Shown: one piece after another, positions 39,033-50,355 of the stretch
Position numbering within the stretch: position 1 is the stretch's first letter
How the letters are laid out: every line of letters starts with the position of its first letter
Source of the DNA: Dimorphilus gyrociliatus
Taxonomy: Eukaryota; Animalia; Annelida
DNA length: 64,000 nt
Assembly: GCA_904063045.1 (NCBI GenBank)
Contig: CAJFCJ010000002.1
Location: 2,289,891 to 2,353,890, forward strand
Direction: 5' to 3'
Notes under the pieces: model-generated
Seen by the model: the letters and a program-made list of their open reading frames with translations, nothing else
Told to the model about the DNA's origin: nothing
Database searches by the model: none
Position numbers and translations under genes: made by a program

Positions 39033-41114
39033 TTGTACTATTATACTTAAGTATTTAATATCATATTACTAAAATATTTTTACTTCCAAACCAAAATAGG
39101 AAAATGAGAATCGTCCTACAAAATTGGAAAGGGAACAGTTAGACTCTCCATCCGATCGGGTTCCGGAAGATATCGCTCTTAAAGCGGCCCTATCCCCTGT
39201 TGATTCTGGTTAGTAATTCGTCTATTTTCCTCTATCTTAATTTTCCTATTCTTTCTGTCTTCTACCGTAATTAATTACTGTATATCTGCCACATTTCTTA
39301 CTATTGTTAAGTTCACTGTTTACAATCTTTTCTTCCCTTAAAAAATGTTTAGATTTGATTAATTATACGCCTAGAAATTGTATGGCTCTCTTTCTCTTAC
39401 AGCGGATAATCGACCGAATAATATCGATTGCCCTAGAAAGAAAAAGATTTTACCAGATTTTCGTCTCTTAAGCGAAGAGGCGGTAGAAGAGACAGAAGAT
39501 GACGATGAAGAATCTAAAAAAGCATTGTACGTATATTTATTTTTTAATTTGTTAGAAAGCCTTATTTTCTAATACCGAAACGTCTGATTCCTTTTAATTT
39601 AAACATAGCTTCATTATCTACTTATCATTATTTAAAATTGCTATATACGCTTGAGATTTTATGATATAAATATCAGTTTCATTCTTTATTCAGTTTTATA
39701 TTTATTGTTTTATTGTATTTTTTCTCTTTTACCTCCCTTTCTCTTCCTTACTCTTTAATTTACATGTACAAACTCTTTCTCCCTCTGCTTTCAGGCCTAA
39801 TGGGCAAGAATTTACGCTAGAAAAAACTATGTTCGAAGAAAAATCTTTAGAATGCCCTCAAATCGATATCGATTTACAAGGTAACTGTAAAATGCACTTG
39901 ATTAATACTGTATGCATTAATAAAGATGCAAACAGAAATTCCTACGTAAATTAGGTTTATTAAATGTGCACGGTTATTGCTCCTAAAATAGATAGTCCGT
40001 CAACACCCGGTGACGCCGTTCCGGAACTCGAAGAAGATAGCAAAGAAAAACGATGGAGAACTGTTACGATTGCGGATAAGCATTATCGATTGGATATGAA
40101 AGTAATTGAACCGTATAAAAAAGTTCTCTCGCACGGAGGTAAGGGAAATTTTAACTTGGGGTATGATGGGTAACGCCATCTGTTGTCTAATAACTTGAAA
40201 GAACGTTATTGAACTAACTGATGTTATCTGTACGAAACAGGATACTATGGTGGTGATGGATTTAAAGCTATTGTTGTATTTTGTACGTGCTACTTACCAG
40301 ACAAGAGACGGAAGGATTATAACTATGTGATGGATAATCTATTTCTTTACGTTGTATCTACTCTAGAACTACTTGTCGTAGAGGACTACATGATAATTTT
40401 CTTCCACGGTGCAACACCAAAGTATAAGATGCCTTCGTTAGTTTGGTTGAAAAAATGCTACGATATGATTGATAGGAGGCTGAAGAAGAACTTGAAACGG
40501 CTTCTAATAGTTCACCCAACTATATGGCTTAAGACATTAATGCTTATGATGAAACCATTTATAAGGTAGTTATTTCAACTAAAAAGCACTAGTAAAGAAG
40601 TATCGAGTTTAATTAAATAACGATCTCGCTCCTTTTTTTTATCGGATGTTTTACTCATTACACTGTTCGATAATAATCGATTTCGTAATGACAACGAACA
40701 AAACGGCTTTAGTAAATGCCATCTTTATAGTCTTTTCCTTTAATCTAATTTTTATAATTATACTTAATGTTAAAAACGATAATTGTTGTTTTTCCATTCA
40801 AGAAAAATGTAAATATTTATGTTAATATCAAACATACTTAATTCTTTTCTTGTTGTTTTTTTTATTTATTTTGCAGCTCAAAATTTCGCAATAAAGTAGA
40901 TTACGTAAAAAATTTGAAAGAACTTAGCGAAAAAGTATCGACCGAATACGTTTACGTGCCTGACGAAATAGTTGAGTAAGTATCCATCTATTAATCATTT
41001 AATTTAATAATTTAATTATATGAATAGAATTAATCATTTTACCGTTTTATATAAAATTTTATCTTTTATTCTTATAACAGATTTGATAAAAAATTAAACA
41101 AGGAAGAGCGCTAA
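34147..41114 (+). CDS. BCH/CRAL-TRIO domain protein of the BNIP2/PRUNE2/caytaxin family with a long acidic N-terminal exon
   Basis: BCH exons 39992-40138 ([29 protein letters not shown]), 40241-40565 ([37 protein letters not shown]), 40877-40975, 41081-41114. Linker exons 39100-39208, 39403-39526, 39795-39880. The acidic exon 34147-35001 ends phase 0 at a gtaagt donor, matching the phase-0 acceptor at 39100; that link is inferred. Confidence 0.85.
35019..35032 (+). promoter_or_regulatory. CTCF-type motif at the start of the BNIP2-family large intron
   Basis: ACGGCAGATGGCGC. Confidence 0.6.
36706..36819 (+). CDS. Candidate alternative first or cassette exon of the BNIP2-family gene
   Basis: Open frame (W)[37 protein letters not shown] ends at aag|gtcagt (phase 0); ATG at 36730; phase-0 acceptor gcgcag at 36705. 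Confidence 0.55.
37084..38211 (-). CDS. Tesmin/TSO1-like CXC (CRC) domain protein, tesmin/LIN54 family, nested antisense in the BNIP2-family intron
   Basis: Two CXC domains ([19 protein letters not shown]...CMN; [20 protein letters not shown]...CCN) joined by RNPNAFRSK. Mini exon 38211-38199 (MMPA, g|gtaagt) splices in phase to the acceptor at 38003. Confidence 0.92.
40173..40186 (-). promoter_or_regulatory. CTCF-type motif in a 102-nt BNIP2-family intron
   Basis: ACAACAGATGGCGT. Confidence 0.6.
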
Positions 41115-43504
41115 TAAAACTAACGATAATAGAATCAAAAGACAAACTCGTCATTGTAGTAATTTATTTAGATTATTTTATTTGTTTATTCATTATTTAA
41201 TTTGGAATAACATAAAATATGGAAGAAGATGAAGAAGAGAAGAAAGAAAGAGAAAAGAACAAGTCTATAAACTTTCTTCTTCTTTTGAAGGAAAATAGAA
41301 AAGTATTTGTTTTTCTTTTTTTGCTCCTTTTTTTTTTTCTTTTTTCAACTGCAAACAAATTGACGATAATAGGTGAATTATTATTTAGTTTATAGATAAA
41401 GTTCAATTATTTCATAGTATTAGAAGTATATGTTTATGCATAAATATGTATATACTGCAAAATTTTCCTCTAAATTACTTAAGTCGTAATACTTCAAACA
41501 AAGAGGAAAAAAAGATCAAACTAATTTACCTTCAATTAGAATAAAGAATTATAAGGAAAAGAACTAGGTTAAATAAACTTTGAGAAAACAAGCAATAACA
41601 CTTTATTAGCATAAAACGTTCTAAATTTTTTTTCTTTTTTTTTTGTAATACGCCTATGAAATGTTTCTTTTTATTTAACAGAGAATAAATAAGATAAAAA
41701 AGGGGTTGATTTTCAAAGACGTCTAATTTTTCTTAGTAAAATAGAGGCCGATTGCGCATAGAAACGTTTAATAGGTAATAATTAGGTGAAATGAATATTG
41801 GCAATAAACTATTGAAATAAGTAGTAGAAACGTTTATTTTGTGTCCGTTTTAAAGCATCTCTACGACCCGAAGAATGTAATAAAACAAATGTAAAACCTA
41901 ATGGAGTACAATAACTCATAAAACTTTTATCCTCTTTCCTACTTTCTTATTCCTTTCGAAAAATAACTTTTGACTCATCTATTTCATAGCATCCGATTCT
42001 CATAGGACTTATATGAGTACAAATAGAAAAAACTAAACAATACATTGATATCCAATTACAATCAAACTGACATGAGTTTTTATCGTCTAGAACGTGTTTG
42101 TTTCCATGTTTATTCTCTCAAATGTACCATCTTTTATGTTATTGTTTTGTTTTGTTTTTTTCCAGGGCTGTCCAGTATTAAGCCCTATAAATAAAAAACG
42201 AATATACTTTGTAAATAACTGATAGTAATTCCATTCGGGTTTTTTTCTAGATATGAACTATCTGACAAAAACAGTGCAGATTTTGATAGTTTGCTTATGG
42301 AACTGATTCGTGACGCGTATTTGATAAGGCTATAATATGGTAGATAAAGTGTAAAAAGAGTAGAAACAAGGGATCAGCTTGTTATATGAAAGAGAACCAA
42401 AAATAAGCCTAAACTCTCTACGCGTACTGTTAACTCAATCAAGTTTGGCGCCTATCAATTAACCCCTTTAATCTCTTTTGACGATTTTCTGTGAAAAACC
42501 CTCTACTAGTCGATTGGATAGTGTTAACAAGACGAAAGGACGTCTCTTTTTCCTTATTTTCTAAAACTTCGACCGAAATAATCGATTCTGTTATTAAATT
42601 TCCCGAAGCTTTTAGGGCCATTTAACATAATTTTCGTAGGTTGAAAGTAAAAGAATAATGAAATTCACTATCGTTTTCAACAACATGCAAATCATCTATA
42701 AGATCCATTTCCCACAAAGCGATTTTCATTAAAAGAACCACAGAGCAAGACCTCCGACAATCAAAAGCTTAATATTCTCGTTTCTTCTCTTCCCTTTGCT
42801 TTCTCCTTTGAAAAGCAAAGTTGATAATATTTTTTTCAAAATCGCTTCTCTTCGCACAAAATATAAATTATAAAAACTTGGTCCCGTGAAGTTTTACGAT
42901 TTTATCAGTTTTCCCTCTGTCTCCCTCTCTCTCTCTCACTCTTTCCAGAATATACACACATAAACACACAGTACATACACACTCTTTCTCTCTTTCTCAA
43001 GCTCTCCATCTCTTTTATCGAGAGATAAACAGAGAAGATTCTACTTTTTTTAATAAAAAAAAAATGAGGGGAAAAAAATTCGTGCTAACTTTTTTTTTTG
43101 TTAAAAGTAAAAAAACTTTTCCCAAAAGTTCTTTATCATCTAACTTACTCCACCCCCTTTTTACTGTACGCCCTTTTTTTCTGTATTTTAGGAGAACGGA
43201 AGAAATTGTACTTAAAGAAGTAGAAATTTGCATCCATATAAATATAGTATTTTTTAAGCATTTATATTCTGTTATTTCTTGGTGTTATCACAAGTAAACG
43301 TTTCTTCTTTGAAGCGGAAACATAAATAGGCCTACTTAAATGCCACTTTCTTCTATTTGTTTATAGAAAAAGACCCCAAAAGCCAAAAAGAAAGACTATT
43401 GCGAATAAGTGAAGGTGAGAAAGAATAAAATTGACATTTAATATAAATATTCTCAACAAAATTGCGGAGGGGAGCGAAACGCTGAGAGCAAGGAGTACAA
43501 ACAA

Positions 43505-43527
43505 GAGAGAGAGAGAGAGAGAGAGAG
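43505..43527. repeat. (GA)n tract in the RDL-like 5' region; similar GA/CT tracts near 1990, 32210, 42925, 48970
   Basis: Direct reading. Confidence 0.8.
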
Positions 43528-44229
43528 GAGCGAATAAGGGAACAAACCAACGAACGAATGAATAGCATATAAAAATATAGAAAAAAGGTAGCAGAGCGAA
43601 AGAAGCGGTAATTTTCAGAAAATTATGATTATCACTAATAATATTGTATGATAAAAGGTTTTTTAATATTGTTTATAAGCATATGAATATTGATTAAAAA
43701 CAGTTTAATTGACAATTTATAAATGAAAAAAGAGAAAATTCTCTTCATTTGACTGACTATTGCTAGCTTAATTTTCCGGGACTGTTTAGCCATTTATTAC
43801 CTAATTTATTTCTAAAAAATAATCTCGGTTTTTACTCTATAAGTTTATCTTTAAATTGATAAAAAAGACAGTTTCCGTCGTCAGTTTCCGTAGTGTTAAT
43901 TAAAATTAATAAAATTAGGTAAATAACTAAAACTACAGGACACGTTATTAGTCCCACGTTGAACGTCTAATTGGCAAACTTCCAAGAAGGTTTAAGGATA
44001 GAAAGCTTTTGTCAAGATTTTTAGAATTTACGAGAATTAGATAAAAGAAACGTTACTGGAAAGCAATTTACAACGATTCTATTTCGATACTAAATTTACT
44101 TTTTTCTCAAACCGATTGCGTTAAGAGAGCACAGAATCGACGATGGCGACGTCGTTGGTTTTTCCAGCTCAGTCAAACGGTCGCTAGACGCCCCTGCAGC
44201 ACCATCGATCATCCGCTAAACTGCAAAAC

Positions 44230-47200
44230 ATGTTCGCCGCTTTCCTGCTCTGCACGCTCTGTCATATTGGAACTAGTATACAATTTCGAAGTGTTTTACA
44301 GTCAGACGACGACTATCAGGATGGTCATCTATCTGATAATTACTACGACAGGAGAAACAGGTTCTCTCTTTTTCAAATGTATACTTTCAATAGGAAAACA
44401 TTATCCGCTTTTCTTCGCTTCATCGCTCTCAGTATAGTCGAAAACTCGGGACAAGCCAATAGCTGTTGTCTATAATGATAAGCGAAAATGATAATTCATT
44501 TTTATTCCCCAAATCCTTTTTAGTGAGAAGAAAGTATCCTCTAATGTTCATTTAATACTGCTTTAACAAGGATGGTTGATACATAACCGTTAGATGGCGT
44601 TATATAAATTCATATTTTGTAGTATATTACATTAAAAACACAGTATTAAGCTTATACTTTTTACAAATATACTCTTTAAGAGTGAATAGACATTAATGCG
44701 AAGAATAGCGAAAGAAGATATTGTGAGCAAAACTATGTGTAGTACGAGAAAGACAGACAGCAAGAAGCTAAATATGAAAGAAAGTAAGATTGAAAGAGAA
44801 GAAGAGAGGAATAAGTTAGAGTATGACTGAGACAGAGATTGACACCAAGAGAGAGAAAAGGAGAGGAGGAAGGAAGAAAAAATTAGAAGCATAGACAGTG
44901 ATGTGGAGAGAATAAGTAAGAATAAATATGGTAATATGAAAAATAAAGACTCATACTAAGAGTAAGAGAGAAAGAGAAAGAGCGAAGAAAGAAAAAAGTC
45001 ATCATGCTTTTTCTCGTCAAGCAAACGTCACTCTCTTTTTTATTTCCTCATTAATATAAAATAGATGCCAGGGACTGTAATATTAAATTTAAAAAAATTA
45101 ATGGACTATTTGTAAGAGTGTGTTAAAGAGAAGAAAAAATTAGACACGTTGAAGAATATACTTTTTAGCTAGTTTGCAAATTACAAACAAAAAGAAAAAT
45201 CTGTTTTAAATATATTGTTTTAGAAAAGAAAGAAAACTAAAAGTTCTTTTTCTCTTTCTACAATTTGTTTGTATAATTTTTAATGGGCTGTTATTTTAAA
45301 ATAAGCTACTTCCGCTATTTAAAGTTTATTACTTCAGTAAATTAAGTTTTTATTAGAAAAGGAAATAGCCGGAGGATCTAGTTTTACTTTATCTTACCTC
45401 TTTTCATGGTTGGTAATAATCGATCATTTTCTAGCAAATAAACAGCTAGTTAATTCCGACCTTTTACGCCCCTGGACAAATTTTTATTCATTAAGTCGAA
45501 ATCAAGTAATGAATCATATTATTAACCGACAGAACGATATTAAATGCATATCGCACATTTTTTCTGTCATAACCCTCTTCATTTAATATCATTTAATGGA
45601 AAAATATATTGTAAAATGATCGTGTATGATATTCTCTTCCTTGTAGTTTTCTCCTTAGTAAAAGATTGAGCCTGGGAGAAAGGTCATTTTCCAAATTAAA
45701 TTAATTTAACAAGAGAATCAGAGAAAGAAAATTGCATTTTTTTTCAGTTTCCCTGTCAGCTGTTTATCCTCAGTTCTAGGTGCAGATTTACTTCTTAGGG
45801 CAAAAACTTTACAAGAATCTCTAAGAGCTCTACTCCATCTAACGGTCTGCTGTCATTTCTCTATTCAATCGAGCCTACCACCAGATGGTGCTCCCTAGAA
45901 CCAAAAAACTTCGCTATCCGTACGCATTCTGCATAGTTATATAAAATATTAACGAACAAATCGCAGCAAAAATAAATCAAATTTGTTCGACAACCCGATC
46001 GGTAGAAAATTGTGTTTGCCCATGGTTTTTTGTAACGTAGGCCAAAATACGACCGCAAAAATTTGCAGACTGCTCTGAAATAATCCGGCTTCTATTCGCA
46101 GCTTTTACGAAGGGGATAGTGCGAACGTGTCTCGGATTCTGGATTCACTACTCCGAGGATACGACAAACGGATTAGACCGAATTATAGGGGTATAGAATG
46201 AGAAGCGTCTCTTAATTAGCTGACGCCTTATCATAATATCTAGGGGAAATTTGCTCTGAACCATTTATTATCTTTTCTGATTTCTTAACTGATCAGGTTC
46301 ACCCGTAGAAGTTGGTGTCACAATGCACGTACTAAGCGTCTCTAGTATATCAGAGGTTGATATGGACTATACAGTAGACTTCTACTTCCGACAACACTGG
46401 ACAGACCCTAGATTGGCTTTTGACTATGACGAAGAATTGTGCATTAGTACAGAGATGCTTGATCGGATGTGGTGGCCGGATACATTCTTTGCCAATGCTA
46501 AACTAGCCAAGTTCCATTATGCGACAACAAAGAATCACTTCCTCCGAATTAGGCCGAACGGCGACGTCCTGCATAGTCTTAGGTATAAGATTCCAGTCGC
46601 GAGTTTAACGGAACTGATTATGTTTATACTGGCCCGCAGGCTGACCGTGACCGCAATGTGTAATATGGACCTGACATTCTTTCCAATGGACAGCCAAATA
46701 TGTTCTTTAGAAATCGAAAGTTGTAAGTATATTAACCTAACACTTTTAAGAATAAACAAAGTTTGTCAAGGAGAGAAAAAGAGATAAAATAAATCCTTTC
46801 CTTTCGATTCAGTTGGTTACTTAATGAAAGATATTCATTATAAGTGGTTAGAAGAGGGAAAATCTGTAAAATTTGAAAAAGGAGTACAGATGCCCCAGTT
46901 TGTCATACACAGTCATCGACAAAAAGAAAAAGTTATTGGGACGAGTACAGGAAATTATTCGCGACTGGCTTGCGAATTTCATTTTGTTCGAAGTATGGGC
47001 TATTATATCATACAAATTTATGTCCCTAGTATTTTGATTGTTATATTAAGCTGGGTATCATTTTGGCTGTCAAGAGACGCCGTCCCAGCTAGGGTTGCTT
47101 TGGGTATTACAACCGTTTTAACAATGACAACTCTTATTTCAAGTACGAATGCTTCTTTACCGAAGATTTCCTATCTGAAATCGATCGACGTCTATTTAGT

Positions 47201-47600
47201 TACATGCTTTGTTATGGTCTTCAGCTCATTAGTAGAATTTGCATCTGTAAGCTATCTCACTCATAGGAATTCAAAAATAGTTCGAACTCAAAGTAACGGA
47301 GTGGCTGAAACTGAAGTTCGGCAAATATCTAACGATAAATACCAGATCCGTGCACTTTGTAAATCAACAGCTTTAGACGCCGCTAAACCTTTGTCGGAAG
47401 TGACAAGGAATGCCATAAGGAGCGGTGTCGACCGTAAAATCCCGTGTGCAGCATGTTTAGCGGCTCCTGGAGTTATTGAAAACATAGCAAGAGTTTGTTT
47501 TCCTGTCAGCTTCTTACTTTTTAACTGCATTTATTGGGTGGTATATCTGCATATTTCAAAAAAGAAGCCGGAAGATATGACCGATTTTGTTCCCATCTGA
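44230..47600 (+). CDS. Rdl: Cys-loop ligand-gated chloride channel subunit, RDL-like GABA receptor
   Basis: Exons 44230-44360, 46102-46190, 46297-46582, 46640-46722, 46813-47600. Signal peptide; YDKRIRPNY; DFYFRQHWTDPRL; Cys-loop CNMDLTFFPMDSQIC; EIESFGY; TGNYSRL; M2 PARVALGITTVLTMTTL; LPKISYLKSIDVYL. Family is certain; exact orthology to Rdl is inferred. Confidence 0.9.
44587..44600 (+). promoter_or_regulatory. CTCF-type motif in RDL-like intron 1
   Basis: CCGTTAGATGGCGT. Confidence 0.6.
45878..45891 (+). promoter_or_regulatory. CTCF-type motif in RDL-like intron 1
   Basis: CCACCAGATGGTGC; degenerate opposite-strand site CCGTTAGATGGAGT at 45832-45845. Confidence 0.65.
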
Positions 47601-50299
47601 GGTATTCTCCCCTTCATTCTCCTCTGTCACGTGATCCATCAAAAATAAAGCTTTACATCATTTCTGATATTAAAATATTGCTACATCGATAAACAATTTT
47701 TTGGCGTTTTGTTTAATTAGACATGACAAGCAACTGACTCCCAAGAGAAAACCATCTTTTTTTTTATCGGAAACTCATCCTTTTTGTGATATTCTGATAT
47801 GATTTGATGATCAGAGTGTTATTTGTATGCTGAAAGAGAATGGAAAAAAAACGGATAGAGTATTACCCTTTAAAGTACTAACTGCTTCTTGCATAAGGCT
47901 TAAATATAAAGTGACACCGTATGGTATGTGACGTTTATGAAATACCTCAAGAAAGAGAGACAGCTCAATTAAGGTTGAATAAATAATTGAAAAAAAAAAT
48001 TCAAATAAGCCGTTTAGGTTTACTCGTTTTAAAAATTGTATTTAAATATTCATAAAGGCTTAAATAAATACAAATATTATTGACGAAAAGGAAAAAAAAG
48101 GTCATTTTACGTAGTTTATTGCGAAAGTCCGGTCGCAAGTGGAAATTCGACAAGGATTCAATCAATATTTACAAGCGCACTAAGCCAAGTTGCTATCGAT
48201 CGAATAACAAACAATGTTAATTTCTTTTTTCCTTCTATATATCTTCGAATTACGTGATATTCAGTCATCATCGAATTTCGATAGATGGCGTTTTTCTATT
48301 AAACTTTTTTCATTTAATCCAATATTTGTTTATATATAACATTATATATAATTTTGTTGTATTAAAATCCTTAAAACTAATAGGCTAAACGTTATTCTTT
48401 GTAATCATAGGAAACTACTTTTTTTCCCTCCCTACTAAAGATGCAATTAATAAAAAAATTTCTTTCCTTTTCAATCAAATCAATCACTACTCATTTCTTA
48501 ACTAAATTTTATTACCTTTTCTCATAATTTAATAGAAACTATGTTTATTTATATAAATATCTAATATTTGTTTATATTTATATATGATTTATTATCCTAT
48601 TGTTGAAAGAGAAATTTAGTGGGAGGAAAAGAGAAAAGATCTTTCTTCTTGCATAAGCAATTGAAAGTCCTTCGTTCGGTCGAATGATCCTATCAGCAAG
48701 ACTAGAATTACCCCAAAGAAAATTTTCTGTGTAATGCACTCCAGGTCCCGTTTGGGGAGTAGTTATCCTATCAAAGGGAATGATGATAAAAGTTCGATAG
48801 GAAGATGTCAACAAAATCTTTATTAAACAGTTTCTTAATAATTTATAGATATTTTTAACTATTCTTTTAATGTTTAGTGTAAGAAAGCAAGAAGACAGGA
48901 TTTTTTATGCTAAGCTATTTATATCTTCATAAATCTTCCCTCTCTGTCTCTTTTTGTCCTCCTCCCTCCCACTCTCTCTCTCTCGCTCTCAGTGCTATAA
49001 ACTTTATCTACCATCTTCTATAGACAGTATACTATATAAGAATATACTATATATGTACATATATTTATTTATTTAAACATTTGTAATATAAAGCGTTGAG
49101 TGTTTAATAGGAAAAACTCTTCAATTACTTTAGGTTCTGCACAAGTTTTAGAATATCTTTTGTTGCCGAAAAAGGATAAAAATAATAATAAAAAAACAAC
49201 AAAGAAATGTTTAAAGGAAAAAGCCTCTTGAAAAATAAACAACTATGACCTAAATACATCTTTTATCTTTTAAAAATACATACTTGCATATATATTAAAA
49301 TTTATACCTCTTAATAGGCCAATTCCTCTTACCTTATCCTTTACCTTTAAACCGTTAATAATAAACATATTTTTAATTTTTATATTATTAATTTGAAATA
49401 AGGCATTAAACTTAATTAATGCTTTATTTTAATTAACGTATTGTTTATTAGCTGTTTCTTACCTTTTCAAGCTGTTTGAATTATTCTAAATTTGGTATAT
49501 TGATGGATATTGGAGACATTTCATTTGAAAATTTGATAACAAACTAATTCCGATCGCCCCTGGGATAAATTCAAATTTAGAACTTGTAGTTTATTTGCAA
49601 TCAAATATAACAATATTCATATTTTGCAAGGGTATTTGCTTTCCTCGTTCAACTGATAATATTATATAATAAGATAAGATAAGCCTCTTATTAATTCAGA
49701 GGACGAGTTCAAGGCAAGACAAACACAAAAAATTGATCTCTTCTTTATCAGTTACGTAAGAGAATGCCATAAGATAGGCGATTAGTTCTGTATGTACAGA
49801 ACACAATGTACCATTAGTGGACAAAAGAAAGCGACCTCGTCACATAGCCTGTTGCGGCTCCTTGACATTTGCTTAACAACATATTGGAATAAATTATGCA
49901 AATTCCTCAAATTTCGTATCCAGGGTAGAAATGTAAATAATTAGCACAGAGATAAGAATACATCCTTATTCCACCCCTGAAAATCTGTTTATTATCTTTT
50001 TTATCATTATGAATGATTAAGATTGTAGATACAATAGATTAATTACTAATTTTTGAATTAATTGCTCAAGAATTATAATAACATTTATAACGACATTGTA
50101 GATTTATCGGATTTGATTATAGGCTAAGGCAATTAAGTCTATAAGCTCTTACGTTATTCGCTATAACTCTTAGGTAAAATTATCTCCAAGGCTAAATAAA
50201 GAATTAGTGCGTGGACTTGGTATCGTTACGTAAGAGTTTAATGACCAAAAAAATAGTTTTCGGCCTATTAGGATGTCCAAAATTAGTTTAAAAAATTTG

Positions 50300-50330
50300 T
50301 ATAAAAGGCTCCAAGTTGCTTCAAATCAGC
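50300..50330 (+). promoter_or_regulatory. TATA box and initiator-like element of the vitellogenin gene
   Basis: TATAAAA at 50300-50306, TCAGC about 26 nt downstream, ATG at 50356. Confidence 0.7.
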
Positions 50331-50355
50331 ACGAAGCAGTGTTTGAGGCATAATC

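Noticed and set aside
44196-44216. RE1/REST-like TGCAGCACCA.. upstream of the RDL-like ATG
   Set aside because: Second half does not match, and REST/RE1 is chordate-associated.
48578-48814. 78-aa minus ORF and an ATGATGA C-box-like word between RDL and vitellogenin
   Set aside because: No homology recognised, competing frames, and no CTGA D-box at a suitable distance.
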